Assembly (NCBI RefSeq): GCF_036321535.1
Contig: NC_087437.1
Coordinates: 42,782,001-42,846,000, forward strand
Direction of reading: 5' to 3'
DNA from: Camelus dromedarius
Taxonomy: Eukaryota
DNA length: 64,000 nucleotides
How positions within the stretch are numbered: position 1 is the stretch's first letter; every line of letters begins with the position of its first letter. Made by a program: the position numbers and the translations under genes. Positions 24,036-36,880 of the stretch are shown here, piece after piece. Below the pieces are notes generated by a model that saw nothing but the letters and a program-made list of their open reading frames with translations, did not search any database and was not told the DNA's origin.

Positions 24036-27000
24036 GTTCCAGAGAGGCAGGCCTCCTTGTGGTTCTGGGGCACAGCAAGCAGGCAGGCTTTTCAGTAATG
24101 TAGGCAGGTGTTTGTGGGGGCATCTTAACTCAAGGCACTTGAAGGCTGTTTTCTGGATTAGGAGTACAATTTGTAATAGTGAATGAGTTTTCTAAATATG
24201 AAGGCTTTTCTGGCTGGGTCAGACAATTCATTCATCTGCTGGAAAGCTAAGTGATATTGTTCAAATTAAAATGTTCTCAGATTATGCAGATATGACTGAT
24301 AAAAAGGGAGGGCTACAGAACTACCGCAGGCTCTTGGAACTCATTCGAGAAGCCCGCTGCTTGACCCATGTCAGGGTCTTACCATTCGGGAAGCTGGTCA
24401 CCTAGTCATGGCCTGGAAGCATTTCAGGTTCTGCTTTACCTTTCATTTGGATTCAATTATACATCATTTTTGAGTGAAAACCTGTGTGAGTCTTCCTGCC
24501 CAACGGCCCCAGCCAGGCACCATGGCAATACAGTGCCACACTTTGTTTCGTTAAAATCAGAGATCTCCTTTTGTGGTTAAGGTTCATCCCTAACAAGTTC
24601 TGAAACACAACAGTTCTCCCTCATGGTTGTATAGCTCCATCCAGCTTTGCCTGCAGCCAGAACACAGTCAGAATCTTGTCTACTCTTCAAGGTTCATTTA
24701 TATTTTGATGGAAAATGTTCTATTTTACATTCTTATAACCACGACCAGCATCATAAACTCTTAAATGATATAAGGCAGACAAATGAGGGGGCTTCTTCTA
24801 ATACAAGAAATTACATTTCATAATTTGCAAGTTTAAAGACTGCCTTATTTTCCTCCCAACATTCTTAGCTTTAGTTAGAATAGATGAATTCTCCAGGGTT
24901 GGAGTTTCCATATGTTTATACAAAAGAAAGCCAAGGGATCTGTTTTCTTATATTCCTATCTGAGACTAATTTTTATTGAACTTTCAGATGAGTTTAAGAT
25001 GAATGTTATTAAATTGAAGTCACTGAATTGGCTATAAGACAGCTGTCCTTTGATTAGGATGCGCTTGATTATATGAAATATTTAAATTATGATTCTGTTT
25101 CACTGTTCTTAATTGAATGGCTCAAAACAAAGATGAAAGTAAAACTTTAATATATATACCCAGAACAGTTTTTGTGAATGGCAGTTATATAAATTCTTAC
25201 AGGGCATTAGTAGAATAATGACATCTAAATAACCACAGTACTCATTCAATCTGTCTTTCATTTATTCGATGTTTATAGACCATTGATTATGTGGAAATAC
25301 TATAGTAAAACAGCAGAGAAGAGTGGAGTTTTGTACTGTTTCATGTTTTTATATTGAAGGACACATAAGCCTTAAGACTGATAAATGATAGACTCTGGGC
25401 AACTAAATTACAGTTTTTACTTCCTTGTAATGAAAAGCTTCCTGATACAGATGTTCAAAGATAAATTGTATTCTCCATTTGTTTACAGTAAATTCATTTA
25501 TGTCTCACTGACTAGAAGCCAGACACGAGGGTCAGGAATCTCACAGTTCTTCTGTGTTCCTCCAATGTCCAACTGAAGTATAAGTCAGGGAGTGGAAACG
25601 AATGTGTTGAGTCAGGTAAAGTAATTCACGTAATCATATGGCTGTTTAGTCACTCGAAATGATAAAACATCTGCAAAACTGAATCTATGCTTCTGTAGAT
25701 GTTTTAGTTACTCTTTGTATATACTCTTACATTGAAAGAAGCCTTTTTTTATAATCATGTAAATACTAAGTATAGATTGAATTTTAATTACTATTATCAA
25801 GTTTTTGCAACAGTTTGACTTGGGGAAATCTTCATCAGGAATTATTTATCTTCAGATGTTGTGTTTTCACTTTCAGAAAAGTCAGATGCCCGGGAAAGAC
25901 ACTAGGGGAAAACTCTTCAAAATAGAGAAGGCAAACAAAAAACAATGTTAAAAAAAAAAAAAACCCAGTGACAATATTATTAGACAGTTACACTGTAAAA
26001 TAACATGACAGCCTTTGTACAGTTTGACCAGATAGAAGATGTGTGACATGGAGTGAAATAATTTAGTGTCTTCATGACAGCTGGCTTACAGTGAGGCTGA
26101 TGAACAGAAAGGTGCATTCCGAGGAAGGCACTGATAGTACCAGCATTAAGTGAAGATCAACAGAGATTCATTTTCCCGGCCAATTTTCTGTTCTTGTGTA
26201 GAAACAGAAAACACACAGTGATGGGTGCAACATCTGTCGATTGTTTTTAACGTGCCAGGCTAGAATGGGCTTTTCAGTCTGAGAAACAGGGTTAAAAAAA
26301 GAAGTCGGGAGAAAAATGTGGCCCAAAATTAGGAAAGAAAATATTTATGTAAGGAAATCTTTACAAGAAATACTGTAAATTCCTGACTGCAAATAGGTTG
26401 ACAGGCAGCCTGATGGCATGGCTGAGGGAGAGAGACAAGAGATCCTGGGTTTTCATTTCTTCATACAGTGACAATTAAATGCAGCAGCAATTTGGTACAG
26501 TTGGGCTTTCGGGAAGACATAATTTTTGTCACACATGTTTCGTCTGCTTGCTGATTTATGGGGAGACAATGGCATTGAAGGAAAGGAGGATAACAGCTAT
26601 CTGTCTGGGATGAGGAAGAACTCATATAATGTGGCAATTGTAGGGAGGCGGCAGGAAGCTGACAGAGGGTGGTGACTTCTCATTCTCAAAAGTCAGGGAG
26701 GATTTAACATCAAATAGGAGGCTCACCGTAGAGAAATAGGAGCACAGAACATGGATGATGTGATTATAAGAAGCCCAGTGAGGATGCCAAGTGACACAAT
26801 TTCAGGGCCAAGCTGAGTATAAATGTATATATTAGCCTAGAAATTAATCAAATCTATTCGTTCAATGTTGAATACAGATTATTACCAACAGATAATACCT
26901 TGCCTTCCTGTCTAATTTTGTTGGTTAAGACTGACACATAATTAGTTGGGTATATATGCCATTTAACTACTCATCAGCTAGTGTCCTTTTACACAGTCGA

Positions 27001-27789
27001 ATGCTGTTGACAGAATCTGGTCCAGTTTCAGGGACAGGTCAGTGAAGAGAACTAGGGTGAATGTGAAGGATAAGCTCCTTGTCAAAGGAATGACCTGTAT
27101 CTATAGGAAGTGAGGCTAGAAAAAGGATGACTTCTTTATTTCTTGGCCTTTGGAGTCCCTCTTTCCCTTTGGAATAACCCACTACATTCATGATAGACCC
27201 TTAAAAGTTCAGTTATAAACAATTATAAAACAGTGGTTTCTCTACAGTCTGCGTCTTGATGTTGCATTTGTCAGGAACTCCAGAGATTTTGAAAGGAAAT
27301 TTGTCTTATTTCTACGAGTGCCACAGTTTCAGCAGGCACGCTAATTCTGCATTTCAAGTGAAATGTTCTCTGGAAAAAAATAATTTGAAAATATTTTAAG
27401 GAGAAAAGAGTAACAGTTTTTAAAAAGCTGCTAGTAATACAAAGAGAAATAGAAGTATATCAGCAATGAAAGGCTTTATTTCACATGTTACTGGCCATGC
27501 ATAAGCTAAATAACATAATGATAAGGTACATGTAAAAATCAGTGCCCTGAAAACACTGCCTTTTCTCATGCATGTGGATTATTTATAAAAATTACAAAAT
27601 TAACCCAAGTAAAGTTCCATAACCCACACAGACTAGTTGCCATGGTAAAAACAAAGGAAGTTTCAAAGAGCAAATAATACACATCCATTCACCCTCCATA
27701 GCCCCCAGTTCTTAAGACTAAGTAGTGTTAAAAGGATATTCTATGAAATCTTAAAATATATCAAAAAAGAAAAATAATGGTGATCATCT

Positions 27790-30330
27790 CCATACATTCT
27801 GAAATGTATTAGATAACATTTGATATCTAAAATAAGAATCAATGCACACTTCTATAATATGATAAAATATGAACATCTTAACACTGTGATTAGATAGTAA
27901 TAGATGAATAATTCCACAGTATGTTAAAATTGAAATAGATGAGACTTTCATAGTTGTGGCATAATGTGTTAACCCAAACCCAGCATCATGCGTTAGCACT
28001 ACAAGCAGAAACAAGATAAGGATATCAGATACCATTTTTATAATTTTACATTGTTATAGATGTAGTAGCCAATGCTATTAGACAAGAGGTCAAAACAAGA
28101 GATACATGTAGAATGTAAAAGGATCATTGCGATCAAAGTGCATGTTTACCTAGAAAACCTAAAAGGATCAATTGAAAAACTATGACAAATGAGAATTTAG
28201 TAGTTGATTATATATAAATTTCATAGACTGAAATCAATAAAGTTCAACTATATCACTAAAACTAGTTAGAAACTAGTTAGAAAATCTAATAGAAGAAGCA
28301 GTCCATTTACAGAAGCTACACAATGATTACATACCTACAATTAAATAAACCTACACACACATTGGACAGAAGAAGATAAACGAGCAGATTCCTAATCTTA
28401 ATGGCTCATTTTAACACACAATTTTCTGACAATGAGTGCCTTAGCAGGCAAAAACAATTATTGAGGATATTAAAAATTTAAACAATGTAGGTAATGAGCT
28501 GATTTGATGACGAGAACCTGGCATTCATAGAAAATGCTAACTCATTTCCAGCACACATGGAACATTTACCAAATCTGAGCAAGCAATAGAACCCAAAATA
28601 AGTATCTGCAAAATCATTATAATATAGTTCTTATTTCATAACCTCAAAGCAATGAATTTTGAAATTGGAGAAAAAAGCAAACTAGATTCCTTATATTTGG
28701 AATCTGAAACAAACAAAACCTCTCCACCCTTTCAAAGAAATTCATAGTTCAGAAAATAAATAATAATACGAATTTTGAAATAATTCTAATTGAATGACAA
28801 AAGAAAATAAAAACTTGTAAAATAACCTAAAGATTTTACATTTAAATTCATATGTTAAAAAAGACAAAGAAATGTAATATTCAGCTTACAGGCTTAGAAA
28901 ATGAAAAATCATGAGGACCCAAACTGGTAGAAGGCAAGAGATTTAAAAAAAAAAAAGAGTTAATAAAGTAGACGACAAGGAGACAATGGGAGGTTTTACA
29001 AAACCAAATCAGAAAAGACTTACAATAAAATAAGCAAACAATCTAATAAAATTGATCAAAGAAAAAAAAAAAACCCAAAGAGCAAAATTAAACATATTAG
29101 AAATGGAAAAAGAGACACAACCACAGATTTTAAAAATCTACAGTGACAAAGCAAATTTTTGAAATGGGTAATTTTCAGAATAAAGGTAAATTAACAAAAC
29201 TGATCATAAAGAAAGAGAAAAATCTAGTACATCTGTAGCCATTAAAGAACTTGAATTAATAGTTTAAAATACAGTCAGTTCTCATTATTCACAGTAGATA
29301 TGTTCTATAAAGTCACTGTAAATACTGAAATAGGAAACATGAACCATTGTTCTTAGGGGAAAATACAAGGTTAGATTCCTGCAAGCTTCTGGTCACAACA
29401 TTTGCATCAAGTAATAAATACATAGTCTTGTTTTATGTGTTTTATGTGTGTTTTTTTATAAAGATACCATGTGTAATATACACTGTTGATTCATTAACAC
29501 TGAACTTATGGCCAACAGCATTATAACATGCCTGAACAAAGCTTATCTAACACATGTACTTCTTTTAAGGTACATCACACCTTCTGTGACTTAGGAATGT
29601 TAGACAGCACTTAGCACTACACTTGTGGGCTATTTTAAACAGTGAAATCACCACCTAAAAGTACAAAAATGTGGCACTAAATAGACCCAAAAAGGACACT
29701 TGTTTACAATATGAGACTTGGAATAAGAAGGCAGAGTGTCATCTGGTTTGACTTCAGGTTGAAACATTCACACTGAGTGACTGAGATTTTCCAAAATTCT
29801 GTACATGTCTGTGACAACTGTAAAAAAGAGCTGTCAGTATCCAGTTTGAAGTTACAGTACATTTTAGTGATTAGACAAATTCAAAGATAACAGAATCCTC
29901 TAACAATGAGGATTGGCTGTCCATTCAAATAATTACAAAGCCCAATTTTTCTTTATAGGAAGATTTTATGGAACGTTCAAGAAATTGATAATCCCTATCT
30001 TATGCAAACTATTTGAGAGAAAAGAAAAATGGAAAAGCTTTCCACCTTATTTATAGACTTGATAACAAAACTAGATAGGGAAGAAAAATTATCTGACAAT
30101 TCACTTAATAACATTAAATTCAAATAAAATATTAGCAAACTCAACTAGAATACTATTCAAGTAACCAGATAGATATGAAAAAGTAGTTTGACAGTAGGAA
30201 ACAGTAAAATAGTTCACATTGTTAACAGATTACAGAGAAGAACCCAACGATCATCTCAATAAAGGCAGAAATAAACAAAAGGATGGCATAAAACTCAACA
30301 CCATTTTGTCATTAAAAAATAAAAGAAAAC
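27790..30330 (+). mobile_element. Decayed L1ME-type ORF2 fragments (RT-region piece, then EN-to-RT piece), interrupted by MER82
   Basis: TAGCCAATGCTATTAGACAAGAG, TACCTAGAAAACCTAAA, CACACATGGAACATTTACCAAA, AAATAAAATATTAGCAAAC, ATCATCTCAATA. Confidence 0.75.
29272..29919. mobile_element. MER82 (TcMar-Tigger), essentially full length
   Basis: Inverted termini CAGTCAGTTCTCATTATT / AACAATGAGGATTGGCTG; TA on the left flank; internal GGGGAAATACAAGGTTAGATTCCTGCAAGCTTCTGGTCACAACA. Confidence 0.9.
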
Positions 30331-30350
30331 TGCCTTTTATTGCCATAGAT

Positions 30351-30539
30351 CAGTGCTTCTCAAACTTTAGCGCACATCCAAATTATATAGAGGCCTTACT
30401 AAAATACAGATTGCTCTGCCCCACTCCCAGCATTTCTGATTCAGTAGATCCCTGGAGTGGGGTCAGAGAATCTCCATTTCTATCAAGTTCCCACATGATG
30501 CCGACATTGCTGGTCCAGACAACACCTTGAGAACCACTG
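30351..30539. mobile_element. MER5A hAT-Charlie MITE, full length
   Basis: TIRs CAGTGCTTCTCAA / TTGAGAACCACTG; 8-bp TSD CCATAGAT / CCAAAGAG (6/8). Confidence 0.92.
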
Positions 30540-33054
30540 CCAAAGAGGATGTAGGTGCAGTACAATCACTGTCCTGATTTTTCAAGAACAATTAGAAATA
30601 TGAACTTTTATATGAAATATCCAATTTCTTAAAGTGCTAAACACTCCAGATCAATCATATTTTAGGGCAATATCTGATGTGCGTATAGTCTTTAAAAATC
30701 TAAGATGGATGTTTTATGGTTTGTAATTTTCCTGCCCATTGATGTCTGCCTTAGTTTATTATAAAGAAGTTTTCCAGAATTATTCTGCCCTTCCTACTTA
30801 ATCATCAGCTGCATTATGGTCATCAATTTTGTATATGTATCCTTGGTCCCATATCAATGATTCTAGTAGGTTTCCAACACATAAATTGGACCATGCACTA
30901 TTTTTACATAACTTGCTTTTTTTTCTTCCTTTAAAACAGAACAGGTAATGGTTTTAAACAGGAAAAAATAAGGTTCTTGTGAGATAGATTTTTGCTCAAA
31001 GGAGTTAATGCTTCATTTTTAGTCAGAGAAGCAAATAGTACAAATTAGAAGTGGAAAATAACTGAGCATTTAACTAGAATTTTCAATTATTTATGTGAGA
31101 AGTTGTGAGCTAGCTTACAAACATGTTAAAATGAGGAAGCTTGATCAGTTCATTAATAATCTTTTTTTCTAAAATTCAGTATACACACATTTTATTGCAT
31201 GTTCATTACTCCTCGTATCTTTCCATTTTAGACTTGTCCCTGGTATCCAGGAGTAGCATTTAGCATCATATATTTAAGTAGGATAACCCAAGAGAAAACA
31301 TAAAAGCTTTTTGATCTTAGGCAACACATTAGTTGATTTTTATATAATTATTTTTGTTCTAAAGATATTTGTCATCAATGATAACATTTGATAACATATT
31401 TTATAATGCTTAAATTAATAATTAAAAGGAAACAATGGTGCTTGTAAATCTGTGTCAATTTTTTCACAAATTCAAAATAAGTATTTTACTTTCAGTTTCG
31501 TATTTTATTTTTATTTTAAAAGGAGAGAGTACATTTTACTGTACCATTAAGTGATTGATGATTGGCAGAGGATGCCCCCCTCTGTACTTCAGCTTGGGAA
31601 TGGGGTTAAGTTTATGAACGCACAAAGGACCAGGGGACACACTAGACTGGCTCCAAAATGAGCTTTATGTTGATGAAAACTTTTCCTAAAATGCAGAAAT
31701 CTTAAAGGATATGATAATATATTTTATTTCTTTATAATACATTATTTTTCCTGTCAATGTGAATAAACCATGAATTCTCAAATAAATTTTTGGTCGTTTC
31801 AAGAAAAAGTTGGTCATTGGTCTAAATTGGGGGTGATCTTTTTCACTACTAGGTGCTGAAGAAAAGTATTTTTGATGAAATAAGAATTCATTCTATCCAT
31901 GAAGAGAAAAATTGAAAGCAGGGGTGAAAAATGGGTTGGATAATACAAGTTACGGTGAAAAGATTTCATTCATTTCCCTTAGCTTTTTTTAAAAATAGGT
32001 TTTCAAAATTCAAAGGAAAAAGAGGAATAGATTTTGCATTTTCTATGTAGAATCAATCATTTGCCTCCTCAAAAGATTTACTTTGGTCTCTAGTATTTAA
32101 AGTAAATCGTATTGATTCTATGGATCACTGAAAATTCTCAACTGCCATTTCGACTTGTTGTACTTGGGTGGACTTCTTTATTCAAGAAATGCTTTTTAAG
32201 TGACTTACATCCATGACTTTAAATCCATTTTTCTCAATTCTCCTTGAAGTTCAGTTTTTATTTTATTTTCCTTCCACCTCCGAGCAAATCTATGCCTTAG
32301 TCCCATGTTCTCTTTGTATTCCCTCATTTCTAGGTTTACTGGGAGTTCTTTTTGATATCTTTTGAATTTTCTGCATCACATCAGTTTCATTCTGACAGAT
32401 GCAGCCTCTAAAATAGGCTGTGTGATGCACTCAAACCTAAAATAAACCATTATTTGAGGGTTAGGTGCGTCATACCTGCAAATAACCTCATTTATCTAGA
32501 GAAATGTATTTAATGCTTATTGTATAAATACCAGTGTTTCCACGTGCTGTATAATACCATCTGTCACTTCTTTTCATACAATACATAATTCAATGTATCC
32601 CTTATTCTATTTTCTGAGACGCAGAGTTCTTGCAGACAGCTCTACGTACTGTGACAAGAATCCAGGTGTATTATGAAAATTATATCAATGTTATCCAAGA
32701 CAAAATTTTAATGCATGTTAAATCAAGTGCTTTCTCTGTTGCTAAGATATGCATCAAGGTAAGCTTATGTCATTGGCATCTCTCACAACTTCATGTAAAG
32801 TATATTTTAAACACAATGTTCTGGAAAGTAGAAAAGTAACCGCTGTTTCCATCAGAGGAATCAGTTTGTCTCTGATTATGTCGTAGGGGGCGCCTCTGCT
32901 AGAGCAGCAGAAGAAAGAAAAACAAAAACATAAAATGGGAACACGTTACTGGGAAATGGGCATGTTATCTCATACCTGCTTGAAATGTAAGAAGATCTTA
33001 ATAAGACTTATATTCACAGGAATGTTGATCTAGAATATATATCACAAAAAGGTT

Positions 33055-33340
33055 AGATTCACACATGTTGAGTGAACACTAGGTTCCAGACATGAGGCTA
33101 GGCTGAGGACTCTGAAACAGACCAGATCCCAGGTGCTCAGGCTCTAGTGGGGAGACTGACACACATAGAGGATGGTTACACAGCGCCAGGGCTCTTGGCT
33201 CAATGGAGGAGAGCCTGGGGACCGTGGAGCTGCTGAAAGAGGTGTCTCATTCAGCTGCTAGAAAGAAGGAGGTGCCAGGGAAAGCTTTCCAAGGGAGGTT
33301 TTACCTGAGCTTCAATTTGAAGAATGAGTAGGAGTTAATT
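33055..33340 (-). mobile_element. L2 3' end
   Basis: ACACATGTTGAGTG...GCTCTAGTGGGGAGACTGAC...TTGAAGAATGAGTAGGAGTT. Confidence 0.8.
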
Positions 33341-36300
33341 GTTTAGGTTGTTTTTAGATCATGTATCATCTACACCATTTTAGGAAATAGAAATTCTGAA
33401 ATTATCTTGTCATGCACAATTCAGTAGGTTGGATCGAAGAAGACAGTTCATACATCTTCTCTTTTGCACCTTCTTACATATGCACACGCACACAAAATTT
33501 TTTTATGTGTAGCTTTACTATCAGATATATTGCTTTACAGTTAGAACTGTATGATATATGTGTATGTGTGAGAGTTCATTATAGGAATTACACATTAGAT
33601 CGTCACTTTAATGTAGCTAAAATTTACCTTCTAAAGCATAATTGCATATTTCTCTTTATACTGACTTTCTCTCTAAACATAAAGAATATGTGTTCTTAAT
33701 CATTATGCAGAAACACACAATTCTATTGGCTGTGGCCTGCATTTCTTTTGGACGTATTATCTCATTGCTGTGGTAAATTCTTTAATTCAAAATTCCCAAA
33801 GATGAAATTAAGGAAATGAACGCATGCTTCCTTCATGGTGGTCCCTTTAATGGGAGGAATAACTTTACATTCCAGTTTGAACACTTTCCATTCCACAGCA
33901 TTGGGGAGAGGATACTAGATAGCCTAACACAAGTATGTTTTTGTCAACATATTTGCACAATGTGCATGTTGCTGTAAACCAGGTTGGTCTTACATGGAAC
34001 GGGTGGTACTTTTGGCTATGAATTCAATTTTATTATGGATAGAGGAAAGTATTTTGAGAGATGCTTTCAATCAATATGGTACAGAAACCTAGAGAACGTA
34101 CCCCTTTGATAAGCTGTTTGGTTGTCTTCTTCAGAGAGGAGCCTCTGGCAGGTTAGTAAGAACAGGCAAAGATTCAAGAATAGTGAATAACATTTTCCCC
34201 TATTTATTCCTAAAAGGCTTTTTATTGATTCTTCTATCTTCTAAGCTCTAACAAGGGCAACGTAATTGCTGTAGGACTTAATGTTCAATACATTTTGTTC
34301 CTTATCTGTTAGATACTTTCATGGTATTTTATTTTGCTTACTTATTTATGATACACCTCACACTTACAAAAAATACAAAAATAATACACCATTCTCCCTT
34401 GTATCTACTATGCAGCTTAATAAAGAAAGCATAACAGATACTAATGAAGCTGTTTTATGTATGGCTTCATGATTTCATTGTGTGAGATCAAGCCTAGAAG
34501 TGACCACAATCTTAAATTTATAGTTTTACCTTCTGTATGTTTATAATTTTGCCAAATAAGTGTGTAATGTTAAATAATATACATGATCACTTTGCATATT
34601 TTTGTATCATATTCTGTATATATCGTGGCAACTTATTTCTTTTATTCAACATTATGTTGTTGATATTTTTCCCATAGGTGACTCTCCTCCATTCATTTTC
34701 ATTGCTGTATAATATTCCATCGTATGACTTTACCACAATTATTTGGCCATTCTTATGTTGATAGACTTAGATTGTTTTAAAGTATTTGTCTTGTATACAA
34801 AGCTACTACGAATGGTTTTGCACTTATCTCCTTGTGTGTAACATTTTTCTAGGTCATATGATATAACAGTGAAACTATGTGCTTTTAAAGCTATAAAATA
34901 TTAGCAAATTGACCTCCAAACTCTCTTTTACCAATTTGCTCTTCCACCAGCAGTTTGCAAGAACTCTAGATTTAAAGAAAAGTGTATCTCTTTCCACCCA
35001 AAATACATGCCTTTTATTCATTGTAAACTGATGTTCATGATGTGAACTGATATCCTTTTCATTTTTCTGAGCTTGAGGGGAACATTCAGTTTTTCAACCC
35101 AAAGTGGATATTCGTTATAGAATTTTATAGATGCTCATTATCAGGTTGATGAAACTACTTTCTAATCTTAGTTTCTGAGACTTTATGAAACTGTTTGTTT
35201 GCTTATGAGTCACAATTTCTTACTTTCTGGCCTTTCTGGAGTTTTTGTTTGTTTGTTTGTTTTAATTGGCTACTAAACATTGTGATTTTATGTCGCTGTG
35301 TGGTTAGATTTTGTTATCTTTTAAAAACTGTTGTGCTTTTTCTGGAAGACAGTTTGATTATTATGGATCAGTTTGATACTTTTGAGGCTTGTTTTTAAAA
35401 TTTGATAGTGTAGATATCGACTAGTCTTTAGTCTAGGGATAAATTGCTCTCCCTGACTGTCGAGAGACTCCCTCTGCTGTGTGAGCTTTGGGAATTAATC
35501 AGTTTACATCACCCTGGTCATTATTGCCTGACCTCAAGGAGTTTTGTTGTATGTTTAGTGTTTAACAACAGACTCAAAGGGATTCCTATACAGATTTCTG
35601 AATTTCTTTTTATCAATAGTTTATCTTTGGAACTCCACTTTGCAACTTTTGCTACCTTTGCAACTTCAGTCATTGAACTGGAATATTTTTCTCTTCAATT
35701 GGTGATATATTTCTTCACAGCTTTGTAATTTTCCTCATATATGTTATTTATGCATTTTGTTAGATTTATACCTGAAATATTTCATTTTTGGGGATGCTAA
35801 TGTACATGGTATTGTGTTTTTAATTTTAAATTCCAATTGTTCATTACTGGTATATAGGCAAGTGATTGACTTTCGTATATTCATCTTGTGTCCTGCAGCC
35901 TTACTATAATTATTCATTAATTCCAGGAAGTTTTTGTTGTTGTTGTTGATTCTTTCGGATTTTCTACATAGACAGTCATGGTCATCTGCAAATACATGCT
36001 TACTTCTTTCTTCTTAATCTATACATCTTTTATTTTTCTTTCTTATCTTATTGCACTAGCTAGGTTTTCCAGTATGATATTCAAAAATAATAATGAGAGG
36101 AGGTATCCTTGCCTTGTTCCTAATCTTAAAGGGAAAACTTCAAGTTCTTCACTATTAAATATAATTTTAGCTGTATGCTTTTTGTAGGTATTTTTGATCA
36201 AGTTTGGAAAGTTCCCCTCTATGACTAGATTATTGAGAGTTATTGTTACATTTAAGAATCACATTTTATTATTGCTGGAGTATGGAAATTTTATTGAGTT

Positions 36301-36609
36301 TTGTATACTAACTTTCCATCCAGTATTCTTGCTTAATTCTCCTTGTTAATTGTAATAATTTGCCTGTATACCCCTTCGGTGTTTTTCAGTGATAATTACA
36401 GTTTTCATTTTTCTCTCCCAAATCTCATAGATTTTAGCTCTTGTTCTTGTCAGTCTGGACTGACAAGAATAGTCAGCGTGCTGCTAAATAGAAGCAGTAA
36501 TGGAGGCATCTTTGTCTTGATCTTAATTTTTAAAGGTAATGTTTCTAGAATTTCAACATTAATTATGGAAATCATTGCAGGTTTCTGTCAGATAATCTGG
36601 ATCTGCCAT

Positions 36610-36880
36610 GGATGTGTTCATTTGTAAGGTGACAGAAAATGTGACAAGAATCGAGTATCTCAAACACAAGAAGTTATCTTTTCTCATACAGAAATAAGCC
36701 TCAATGTAGACCTTTTTCTCATGCTTTCAAAATGCCTACTGCAAGTTCAGCTACCTGGGCCAGAACTCTTAGGGCAGATTGAGAAAGTGAGCATTAAGCT
36801 TTCCAGCTCGTATAATATCCAGCATTGTTAAAGAAACTGGAATTGTGTATTAGACTAGCCAAGGCTATTGTGTCTGTATA
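36610..36880 (-). mobile_element. MLT1-type MaLR LTR fragment
   Basis: GTAAGGTGACAGAAAA and CAAAATGCCTACTGCAAGTTCAG resemble antisense MLT1J/K; the flanking L1 resumes after it. Confidence 0.45.

Noticed and set aside
28259..28283. Short tandem duplication AAACTAGTTAG x2 (similar ones at ~10901, ~19789/19842 and ~45426)
   Set aside because: Ordinary slippage duplications, mostly inside decayed repeats; not an array.
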